This document shows, piece by piece, positions 17,515-25,300 of a DNA stretch of 60,765 nt. Source of the DNA: Actinomycetota bacterium (GTDB lineage Bacteria; Actinomycetota; Acidimicrobiia; Acidimicrobiales; Ilumatobacteraceae); NCBI GenBank assembly GCA_005778215.1, contig SXKB01000309.1:1-60765 (forward strand), read 5' to 3'. The notes below the pieces were generated by a model. The model was given only the letters and a program-made list of their open reading frames with translations. It was not told the DNA's origin and did no database searches. The stretch's first letter is position 1. Each line of letters starts with the position of its first letter. The position numbers were made by a program, and so were the translations under genes.

Positions 17515-17579
17515 ACGGCACCGGACCGGCCCTCTGAGCCGCGCCCGGACCGACGACGGCACTGCCGTAGAGTGCCGCC

Positions 17580-18500
17580 ATGATTCGCGTCGACGGGATG
17601 ACGAAGCGCTTCGGCTCGAAGACCGCCGTCGACCACCTCTCGTTCGACGTGCGACCCGGCGTGGTGACCGGCTTCCTCGGCCCGAACGGCTAGGGCAAGA
17701 GCACCACCATGCGCTGCATGCTCGACCTCGACCGCGCCGACAGCGGCACCGCCACCTTCGACGGCCGCCGCTTCCGCGACCTGCACCGCCCCCTCCACGA
17801 AGTGGGCGCCCTGCTCGACGCCGGCTACGTGCACCCCGGGCGCAGCGGCCGCAACCACCTGCGCTGGCTCGCCGCCACCAACGGCATCGGCATGGCCCGG
17901 GTGAACACCGTGCTCGAACAGGTCGGCCTCACCGCCGCCGCCGATGCCCGCCTGCGCTCGTACTCGCTCGGCATGCGCCAGCGGCTCGGCATCGCCGCCG
18001 TGCTGCTCGGCGACCCGCAGACCATCATCCTCGACGAACCCGCCAACGGCCTCGACCCCGAAGGCATCCGCTGGATCCGCGACACCCTCTCGTGGCTGGC
18101 CGGCCAGGGCCGCACCGTCCTGGTGAGCAGCCACCAGCTCAGCGAGATGGCGCTCATCGCCCACGACCTGGTGGTGATCGGGCAGGGCCGGCTGATCGAG
18201 CAGTCCACCGTCGCCGGCTTCGTGGCCGAACACGCCGATACCTGGGTACGCGTGCAGAGCCCCACCGTCGGCGCCCTCGTCCCCCACCTCACCGCACTCG
18301 GCGCCGCGGTCACCACCATCGACCCCACCACCGTCGACGTGCGCGGCACCACCAGCGCCACCGTCGGCGAGCTCGCCGCCCACCACGGCGTGGTGCTGCA
18401 CGAACTGGCCACCCAGACCGGCTCGCTGGAGGACGCCTTCCTGAAGGCCACCGCCGAGTCCGTCGAGTACCACTCGGGCCCGATGGGAGACCCGTCGTGA
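17580..18500 (+). pseudogene. ABC-2-type transporter ATP-binding protein interrupted by an in-frame TAG inside Walker A
   Basis: [50 protein letters not shown]... The stop is codon 38 (17691-17693). The remainder is an intact reading frame with signature YSLGMRQRL and Walker B IILDEP. Confidence 0.8.
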
Positions 18501-19249
18501 TCGACCTCGTCCGCGCCGAATGGATCAAGCTCCGCACCGTGACGATGAACTGGGTGCTCGTCGCCATCGCCGTGCTGTTCCCGCTGGCCGTCACCTTGCT
18601 CACCTCGTACTTCCGCGGCGACGAGGACATGGACGCCCGTCAGCTGCTCGAAGTGCTCACCGGCAGCTCGTTCGTGCCCGCCCTGCTCGTGGCCGTCATC
18701 GCCGCCGCATCCATCACCAGCGAGTTCGGGTTCGGCACCATCCGCGTCACGTTCACCGCCACACCCCGCCGCGCCCGGGTGCTGGTGGCCAAGGCGATGG
18801 TGCTCGTCGTGTCGGCCGTGTGGCTGCAGACCGTCGTAGTGCTCATCGGCGCACTGGCCGGCAAGGCCCTCGCCGAGTCACAGGGTTCGTTCATCGACTT
18901 CGCCGACGTGCCCACCGGGCTGCCCGCCCTACTGGGCACCGTGGCGCTCGCTGGCATCATGGCCCTCATCGGCCTCGGCCTGGGCATGTTGGTGCGCAGC
19001 ACCCCGGTCGCGATCGCGATGCTCATCCTGTGGCCCCTCATGGCCGAAGCGCTCATCGGCGGCCTGCTGCAGCTGGTGTTCGACGAGGTCGACATCGTGA
19101 GCTGGATGCCGTTCCGTGCCGGCTTCTCCATCGCCGCGATCGAGTCGTTCGGCGGGCCCGACCGACTGGTGGCCGGCATCTACTTCGCCGCCGTCGGTCT
19201 CGGCCTGTGCGCACTCGGCGGCTGGGCCGTCAACCGCAAGGACGCCTGA
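18497..19249 (+). CDS. ABC-2 family transporter permease
   Basis: The GTG start overlaps the ATPase stop (GTGA). The N-terminus is IDLVRAEWIKLRTVTMNWVLV. About 6 TM segments are predicted by eye. Confidence 0.85.
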   Translation: MIDLVRAEWIKLRTVTMNWVLVAIAVLFPLAVTLLTSYFRGDEDMDARQLLEVLTGSSFVPALLVAVIAAASITSEFGFGTIRVTFTATPRRARVLVAKAMVLVVSAVWLQTVVVLIGALAGKALAESQGSFIDFADVPTGLPALLGTVALAGIMALIGLGLGMLVRSTPVAIAMLILWPLMAEALIGGLLQLVFDEVDIVSWMPFRAGFSIAAIESFGGPDRLVAGIYFAAVGLGLCALGGWAVNRKDA

Positions 19250-19271
19250 CCCGGCGCTGATGCGAATCCCG

Positions 19272-19351
19272 CCCATGGGTGGGGAATGCGTCAGAACTGA
19301 CGGGAAACGCACCCGTGGGTGGGAAATGCGTCAGGAATGACGGGAAACGGA
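19272..19351. repeat. Two tandem 40-bp repeats, each with an internal hairpin
   Basis: The units are CCCATGGGTGGGGAATGCGTCAGAACTGACGGGAAACGCA and CCCGTGGGTGGGAAATGCGTCAGGAATGACGGGAAACGGA (35/40 identical). Each contains CGTCAG..CTGACG or CGTCA....TGACG. They lie between convergent genes. Confidence 0.9.
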
Positions 19352-19406
19352 CCCGACCCCTACGAGGCGGCCCGAGGCGGCCCGGCGCAGCCCGGCGCGG
19401 CGGGGG

Positions 19407-20069
19407 TCAGCGGGCGCGGAGTTCGAGGGCGTCGCGCTTCAAGATGGTGTAATGGCGCTCGTGCTGGTCGATCCAGCCGAGGCGGATGAAGCTGGCGATG
19501 GCCTTGTTGACCCGCTCACGCGACGCACCCACCATGCCGGCGAGTTCCTCCTGGGTGATGGGCAGCACGAACTCCTCCGCGCCACCCGACAACTCGAGCA
19601 ACCGCTTCGCCGTGCGGCCGGTGACGTCGAGGAACACGCTGTCGGCCAACGCTTCGTCCATCACCCGCAGGCGTCGCGCCAACAACCGGCACACACCCCA
19701 CAACAACGCCGGATCACTGCGGAACGCCTTGATGACCGGATCGAACGGAATGGCGAACACCACCGACGGCTCCAACGCACGGGCCATCGCGGAGCGCGAC
19801 CCCTCGTCGAGCAACGCCATCTCGCCGAACAGGTCGCCCGAGTCCATGAGCGCCACCACGGTCTCGCGATGGTCGATGGGATTCGCGATGGCGATGGCCA
19901 CCCGACCACTCACCACCAGGTACAACGAATCGGCCACGTCGCCTTCGCGGAACAGCACATCACCACGGATGAGCGGCAACTCGGCACCGGCGGCAGCGAT
20001 CTCGCGGATCACCGCGGCCGGCGCGTCGGCGAAGAAATCGGTTCGTGCGAGCAGTTCTTCGTGAGCCAT
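19407..20069 (-). CDS. Crp/Fnr-family transcriptional regulator (cNMP-binding + HTH)
   Basis: The cNMP domain reads LFREGDVADSLYLVVSGRVAI...DLFGEMALLDEGSRSAMARA. The HTH reads ITQEELAGMVGASRERVNKAIASF. Confidence 0.9.
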   Translation of the reverse strand: MAHEELLARTDFFADAPAAVIREIAAAGAELPLIRGDVLFREGDVADSLYLVVSGRVAIAIANPIDHRETVVALMDSGDLFGEMALLDEGSRSAMARALEPSVVFAIPFDPVIKAFRSDPALLWGVCRLLARRLRVMDEALADSVFLDVTGRTAKRLLELSGGAEEFVLPITQEELAGMVGASRERVNKAIASFIRLGWIDQHERHYTILKRDALELRAR

Positions 20070-20114
20070 GTCCGATGGAACGGTACTACCCTCGCCGGGG
20101 TGTCGGTGCAGCGA

Positions 20115-21245
20115 ATGCGGAACGTGTGGACCATCGTGGTCGCAGGAGGCTCGGGCACCCGGTTCGGCGGACCCAAGCAGTACGAGGCGCTCGGCCATCG
20201 CCGAGTGCTCGACTGGTCGGTGCAGGCCGCACGCGACGCCGGTGACGGCGTGATCGTGGTGGTGCCCGCCGGCGACGCCGAACGCGAAGGCGGGGTGCCG
20301 GGTGGTGCCACCCGCAGCGAGTCGGTACGCGCCGGCCTGGCCCACGTGCCCGCCGACGCCACCATCGTGTGTGTGCACGACGCAGCCCGCCCGTTCGCCG
20401 GCCCCGACGTGTTCGCCCGTGTCATCGACGCCGTCGAGCACGGAGCCGACGCCGCCATCCCCGGCATCCCCGTGGCCGACACCATCAAGCAGATCGACCA
20501 CGCCGGCGCCGTGGTGCACACCCCGAACCGCGCCGAGCTGATGGCCGTGCAGACCCCGCAGGCGTTCCGCGCCCAGGCCCTGCGCGACGCCCACGCCGGC
20601 GGCGCCGACGCCACCGACGACGCCGCACTCGTGGAAGCCGCCGGCGGCACCGTGGTGGTGGTGGCCGGCGACGTCGCCAACCGCAAGATCACCGACCCCG
20701 ACGACCTGCGCTGGGCACGCGAGCGCATCGCCACCACCGAAGGGACGCACCGCATGCACACTGATGTCCGCGTCGGCCAGGGGTTCGACATCCACCGCTT
20801 CAGCGACGATCCGGCCCGTCCGCTCGTGCTGGGCGGCGTCACGTTCCCCGACGCACCCGGCCTGCACGGCCACAGCGACGCCGATGCCATCGCCCATGCC
20901 GCCACCGACGCACTGCTCGGCGCCGCCGGGCTGGGCGACATCGGCGAACACTTCCCCGACACCGACCCGCAGTGGAAGGGTGTCGACTCGCTGGTGCTGC
21001 TGCGCCACGCCGCCGGCCTCGTGCGCGACGCCGGATGGCGCATCGGCAACGTCGACTGCAGCGTGGTGTGCGAGACACCGAAACTGGCACCGCACCGCGC
21101 CGAGATGCAACGTCGCCTCAGCGACGCCGCCGGCGCACCCGTGACCGTGAAAGGACGCCGCGCCGAAGGCCTCGGAGCCCTCGGCCGACGAGAAGGCATC
21201 GCCTGCTGGGCGAACGCCGTGATCATGAAGGAGACCGGTTCGTGA
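20115..21245 (+). CDS. ispDF: Bifunctional IspD/IspF (MEP cytidylyltransferase + MEcPP synthase)
   Basis: The IspD part VVAGGSGTRFG...VHDAARPF...QTPQAF and the IspF part VGQGFDIHRF...GHSDADAIAHA...DIGEHFPDTDP are in one uninterrupted frame. The start is ATG 20115 or GTG 20106. Confidence 0.92.
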   Translation: MRNVWTIVVAGGSGTRFGGPKQYEALGHRRVLDWSVQAARDAGDGVIVVVPAGDAEREGGVPGGATRSESVRAGLAHVPADATIVCVHDAARPFAGPDVFARVIDAVEHGADAAIPGIPVADTIKQIDHAGAVVHTPNRAELMAVQTPQAFRAQALRDAHAGGADATDDAALVEAAGGTVVVVAGDVANRKITDPDDLRWARERIATTEGTHRMHTDVRVGQGFDIHRFSDDPARPLVLGGVTFPDAPGLHGHSDADAIAHAATDALLGAAGLGDIGEHFPDTDPQWKGVDSLVLLRHAAGLVRDAGWRIGNVDCSVVCETPKLAPHRAEMQRRLSDAAGAPVTVKGRRAEGLGALGRREGIACWANAVIMKETGS

Positions 21246-22234
21246 AGCCGAAGAAGCCCGCACAGGGAGGCCCCCGCGGTCAGCGCACCGCCGGCACCGG
21301 CAAGGCCCGCACGTCGGGCGCACCGCGCACCGGCACCAGCAGTGGTGGTGGCACGGGTGGCACCGGCCGCGGCCCCTCCCCCAAGGCCAGCGGCGGCCGA
21401 CAGTACGCGTCGCGCGGCGCCGGCCGCACCGGCAGGGTGGCCGCACCCGGCGACCCCGCCCCGAAGAAGCCCGGCGAGAAGACCCTCGGCGGCGAGCAGG
21501 TGGAAGGCCGCCAGGCCGTGCGCGAACTGCTCATCGCCGGCAACCGCCGCGTGAAGGAGGTGTGGGTGTCGGGCGAGCTGGCCGAGACCGAGATCCTCGC
21601 CGACATCATCGAGATCGCGCGCAGCATGCGCGTGCAGGTCACCGAGGTGGCCCGCAAGCGCCTCGAGTCGCAGGCCCGCAGCGAAGCGCCGCAGGGCGTG
21701 CTTGCGTTCGCCGCCCCGCTGCAGGAGGTGGAGCTCAGCGCGATGCTGAAGCGCACCGGCAGCACGCCGCCGTTCCTGGTGGCGGTCGACGGTGTCACCG
21801 ACCCCGGCAACCTGGGCGCCCTGCTGCGCTGCTGCGAAGGCGCCGGCGTGCACGGCGTGGTGCTGCCCCGCCATCGTGCGGTGCACATCACCCCCACCGC
21901 GGCGAAGAGCGCGGCCGGTGCCGTGGAGCACGTGCCGATGGCCCTCGTGGGCGGCCTGCCCTCGGCCCTCGAGCGGATGCGCGAAGCCGGCATCTGGGTG
22001 GTGGGCCTCGCCGACGAGGCCGACAAGAGCCTGTTCGAGCTCGACGACCTGGCCAACGAAGCCATCTGCCTCGTGCTCGGCGCCGAGGGCAACGGCCTGT
22101 CGCGCCTCGTGCGCGAACGCTGCGACCTCATCGTGAGCATCCCCATGCGCGGCCGGCTCAGCTCGCTCAACGTGAGCGCCGCCGCCGCACTGGCCACCTA
22201 CGAGGTCACCCGCCACCGCGTCCGCAAGGGTTAA
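21242..22234 (+). CDS. rlmB: 23S rRNA (guanosine-2'-O)-methyltransferase RlmB-like (SpoU/TrmH family) with a basic Gly-rich N-terminal tail
   Basis: The GTG start overlaps the ispDF stop (GTGA). Motifs are EGRQAVRELL, VTDPGNLGALLRCCEGAG, LVLGAEGNGLS and IPMRGRLSSLNVSAA. Confidence 0.9.
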   Translation: MKPKKPAQGGPRGQRTAGTGKARTSGAPRTGTSSGGGTGGTGRGPSPKASGGRQYASRGAGRTGRVAAPGDPAPKKPGEKTLGGEQVEGRQAVRELLIAGNRRVKEVWVSGELAETEILADIIEIARSMRVQVTEVARKRLESQARSEAPQGVLAFAAPLQEVELSAMLKRTGSTPPFLVAVDGVTDPGNLGALLRCCEGAGVHGVVLPRHRAVHITPTAAKSAAGAVEHVPMALVGGLPSALERMREAGIWVVGLADEADKSLFELDDLANEAICLVLGAEGNGLSRLVRERCDLIVSIPMRGRLSSLNVSAAAALATYEVTRHRVRKG

Positions 22235-22244
22235 GTACCCGCGA

Positions 22245-22946
22245 CTAGGGCGACGTGGTGTCGACCACGTCCTCGGTCTCGGTGCCCACGATCACCGACG
22301 TGGCCGGCAGCACCGACGTCGACGTGGTGGACGTGCCCCCTGCCTCCGGGTCGGGACACGTGACCTTGGTGATCATCTGCGTCTCGAAGTTGAACGTCGA
22401 CGTGGCGGCCGCGCCATAGGTGTTGATGAAGTCGGTGAGCGACGACGTGTCCTCCGGGCACGACCGGTCGACCTTGCCCGCACGTCGCACCACCCAGTCG
22501 TTCTCCAACAACACGAACGGACCGTCGAGCATCTCGCGCACGGCCGGCAGCTCCACCGTCTGGCCGGGCGGGCCCTCGATGATGCTGAACCACAGCACCG
22601 CATCACCCAGCAGGTCGGCCGCCACCGTGCACGTGGCCACCGCCGTCAGATCGGGGCAGTCGATCTCACCCGGTGTCCCCGCCTCGATGACCATCGTGCG
22701 CGTACCGTCGAGCTGCAGCGCCAGATCGGCCGTGGTGCGCCCTTCGTCGAACGCGAACCCGGTCTCGGGCGTGATGCCGAACGCCCACGAGATGAGATCG
22801 ATCTCTCGTGTCACCGGTCCGTCGTCGCTGCTGGCCTGCACGCCGGTGGGCGGCGTGGTGCGGTTGAACACCAGGATCAGCACCAGGAACAGCCCCGCCA
22901 GCGCCGCCAACGACAGCCAGAAACGGAGCGAGAGGAACTGGCGCAC
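22245..22946 (-). CDS. Membrane-anchored hypothetical protein
   Basis: The N-terminal TM is FWLSLAALAGLFLVLILVF. The ectodomain has 4 Cys and a Thr/Ser-rich tail. It lies 15 nt downstream of hemL on the same strand. Confidence 0.65.
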   Translation of the reverse strand: MRQFLSLRFWLSLAALAGLFLVLILVFNRTTPPTGVQASSDDGPVTREIDLISWAFGITPETGFAFDEGRTTADLALQLDGTRTMVIEAGTPGEIDCPDLTAVATCTVAADLLGDAVLWFSIIEGPPGQTVELPAVREMLDGPFVLLENDWVVRRAGKVDRSCPEDTSSLTDFINTYGAAATSTFNFETQMITKVTCPDPEAGGTSTTSTSVLPATSVIVGTETEDVVDTTSP

Positions 22947-22961
22947 GCCCGCGAGCGTAGG

Positions 22962-24260
22962 TCAGCCGCGCATCGCGACGGCCGCGGCACGCGTGGCCGC
23001 CGCGCCGATGGCGTCGATGACGTCGTCGGTGTGACCCAACCCGACGAACAATGCCTCGTACGCACCCGGCGCCAACGCCACACCCTCGGCCAGCATCGCG
23101 TGGAAGAACGCCGCGTACAGCCGCTCGTCGGTGGTCTTCGCCTCGTCGAAGTTCGTGGGCACCGCACCCGGCCCGAAGAACATGCCGACCAACGTGCCCA
23201 CCACGGGGAACGACGCCGGCAGCCCGGCCGATGCACACGCCGCGGTGAGCACCGCCGACAACTGCGCCGCACGACCGCGCAGCAACTCGTACGCCTCGGG
23301 GGTGAGCTCACCGAGCGCCGCCCGACCCGCGGCCGTGGCCAACGGGTTGCCCGCCAACGTGCCCGCGTGGAACACCTTGCCCAACGGCGACAACGTCTCC
23401 ATGATGTCGCGTCGGCCACCCACCGCACCGATGGGCAGACCGCCACCGATGACCTTGCCGAACGTGGTGAGATCGGGCCGCACGCCGTACTGGCCCTGTG
23501 CCCCACCCGTGCCGAGGCGGAACCCGGTGATGACCTCGTCGAACACCAACAGCGCACCCACACGGTCGCACTCGGCGCGCAGGCCTTCGAGGAACCCCGG
23601 CGCAGGTGCCACCACACCCATGTTCGCCGCCACCGGCTCCACGAACACCGCGGCCACCTGGTCGTCGAGCTGCGGCACCACGTTGTACGGCACCACCATC
23701 GTGGACGCCACCGCACTGGCCGGCACGCCCGCCGTGCCCGGCAACCCGAGCGTGGCCACACCGCTGCCACCCGCCGCCAACAACGCGTCGGTGGCACCGT
23801 GGAAGTTGCCGTGGAAGATGACGATGCGGTCGCGACCCGTGAACCCACGCGCCAACCGCACTGCGGTGCTGGTGGCCTCGGTGCCCGAGTTCATCAGCCG
23901 CACCCGCTCGCAGCTGGGCACCCGTGCCGAGATGGCCTCGGCCAACAGCAACTCGCCCGGCGTGGGCGCTCCGTACGACGTGCCGTTCGCGGCCGCCGCG
24001 GCCAACGCCGAGGTCACCGCCGGATGGGCGTGGCCGAGGATGACCGCGCCGTAGCTCTGCACCAGATCGATGTAGCGGGTGCCCTCCACGTCGAACACGT
24101 ACGGACCCTCGGCACGCTCGACCAGGTACGGCGTGCCACCCACCGCCTTGAACGCACGGATGCTGCTGTTCACCCCACCGGGGATGACCTCGCACGAACG
24201 GGCGAACAGCTCGGCGTTGGAACGCGGCAGATCGAGGGGAAGGGGCGGCAACTGGGTCAT
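22962..24260 (-). CDS. hemL: Glutamate-1-semialdehyde 2,1-aminomutase
   Basis: IPGGVNSSIRAF...YIDLVQSYGAVILGHAHP...VFDEVITGFR...TFGKVIGGGLP. The start overlaps the hemB stop (ATGA). Confidence 0.96.
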   Translation of the reverse strand: MTQLPPLPLDLPRSNAELFARSCEVIPGGVNSSIRAFKAVGGTPYLVERAEGPYVFDVEGTRYIDLVQSYGAVILGHAHPAVTSALAAAAANGTSYGAPTPGELLLAEAISARVPSCERVRLMNSGTEATSTAVRLARGFTGRDRIVIFHGNFHGATDALLAAGGSGVATLGLPGTAGVPASAVASTMVVPYNVVPQLDDQVAAVFVEPVAANMGVVAPAPGFLEGLRAECDRVGALLVFDEVITGFRLGTGGAQGQYGVRPDLTTFGKVIGGGLPIGAVGGRRDIMETLSPLGKVFHAGTLAGNPLATAAGRAALGELTPEAYELLRGRAAQLSAVLTAACASAGLPASFPVVGTLVGMFFGPGAVPTNFDEAKTTDERLYAAFFHAMLAEGVALAPGAYEALFVGLGHTDDVIDAIGAAATRAAAVAMRG

Positions 24261-25261
24261 GCGTGGGCCTCCGCGAACCAACGGGTGAGATAGGTGAGGA
24301 TGATGTCGGCACCGGCCCGCTTGATGGCGGTGAGGTGCTCGGTGGCCACCACGTCGTGGTCGATCCAGCCGTTCGCCGCGGCCGCCTTCAGCATCGAGTA
24401 CTCGCCGCTGACGTGATACGCCGCGAGCGGCACGTTCACCTGCGCTCGCACCGCCGCGATGATGTCGAGGTACGCGAGCGCCGGCTTCTCCATCACCATG
24501 TCGGCACCCTGGTCGAGGTCGGCCTGCACCTCGAGCAACGCTTCACGCGGGCCGTTGCGCCAGTCCTGCTGGTACGCCTTGCGGTCGCCGCCACCCACGA
24601 TGGCGCAGTCGACCGCATCGCGGAACGGGCCGTACAACCCGCTCGCGTACTTCGCCGAATAGGCGAGGATGCTCACGTCGCTGTGGCCCGCACCGTCGAG
24701 TGCCGACCGGATGGCGCCCACCTGGCCGTCCATCATGCCGCTCGGCGCCACCACGTGCGCCCCGGCATTGGCCTGCGCCACCGCGATGCGCCCGTAGATC
24801 TCGAGCGTGGCGTCGTTGTCGACCGAGGTGTGCGGATGCCCCGCAGGCCCGTCGAGCACACCGCAGTGCCCGTGATCGGTGTACTCGTCGACACACAGAT
24901 CGGCCATCAGCACGATGCGATCACCCACGTCGTCGGCAAGATCCTGCAAGGAAAGTTGCACGATTCCCTCAGGGTCGAACGCTCCAGAGCCGATGGAATC
25001 CTTGATGGATGGCACACCGAACAGCATGATCGCGCCCACCCCGAGGTCGGCCAACTGCCGCACCTCGGTGCGCAGGCTCGCCCGCGTGTGCTGCACCACC
25101 CCTGGCAGCGAGGCGATCGGCTGCGGTTCGTCGATGCCCTCGCGCACGAACAGTGGTGCCACCAGGTGGCGGACGTCGAGCTGCGTCTCGGCCACCAGGT
25201 CGCGCAACGGAGCAGAGCTCCGGAGGCGCCGCGGCCGCGAGACGGGAAAGTTGCCGGTCAC
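24257..25261 (-). CDS. hemB: Porphobilinogen synthase (delta-aminolevulinate dehydratase)
   Basis: RPRRLR...LVAPLFV...ADLCVDEYTDHGHCG...VAPSGMMDGQV...YASGLYGPFRDA...MVMEKPAL. The GTG start is at 25261. Confidence 0.95.
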   Translation of the reverse strand: MTGNFPVSRPRRLRSSAPLRDLVAETQLDVRHLVAPLFVREGIDEPQPIASLPGVVQHTRASLRTEVRQLADLGVGAIMLFGVPSIKDSIGSGAFDPEGIVQLSLQDLADDVGDRIVLMADLCVDEYTDHGHCGVLDGPAGHPHTSVDNDATLEIYGRIAVAQANAGAHVVAPSGMMDGQVGAIRSALDGAGHSDVSILAYSAKYASGLYGPFRDAVDCAIVGGGDRKAYQQDWRNGPREALLEVQADLDQGADMVMEKPALAYLDIIAAVRAQVNVPLAAYHVSGEYSMLKAAAANGWIDHDVVATEHLTAIKRAGADIILTYLTRWFAEAHA

Positions 25262-25300
25262 GGCCTCGCATCGTATTCGCACCAGCCCAGGAATCGTCCC

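Larger units (their letters stand above)
16450..17529 (+). mobile_element. Candidate insertion cassette (DUF559 gene plus flanking double palindromes)
   Basis: It is delimited by an imperfect duplication of the SBP gene 3' end (16388-16449 versus 17510-17545). No transposase or integrase is present, so mobility is inferred only. Confidence 0.35.

Noticed and set aside
16105-17581. ORFs translated across the palindromes (recurrent FWACPE peptides in 16105..17562(-), 17354..17581(-), 16273..16512(+)).
   Set aside because: The shared peptide is simply the translation of the repeated palindrome in several frames. The ORFs overlap the well-supported SBP and DUF559 genes.
17691-17693. The in-frame TAG as programmed recoding (pyrrolysine or suppression).
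   Set aside because: No pyl genes or suppressor tRNA occur in the window. The position is a small-residue slot in the Walker A motif. A nonsense mutation or a base-call error is far more likely. It is kept as a finding only for verification.
16492-19351. The palindromes and 40-bp tandem repeats as a CRISPR array.
   Set aside because: There are only two copies each. No unique spacers of regular length separate the repeats: the 40-mers abut directly, and the 50-mers are ~920 bp apart around a gene. No cas genes are present.
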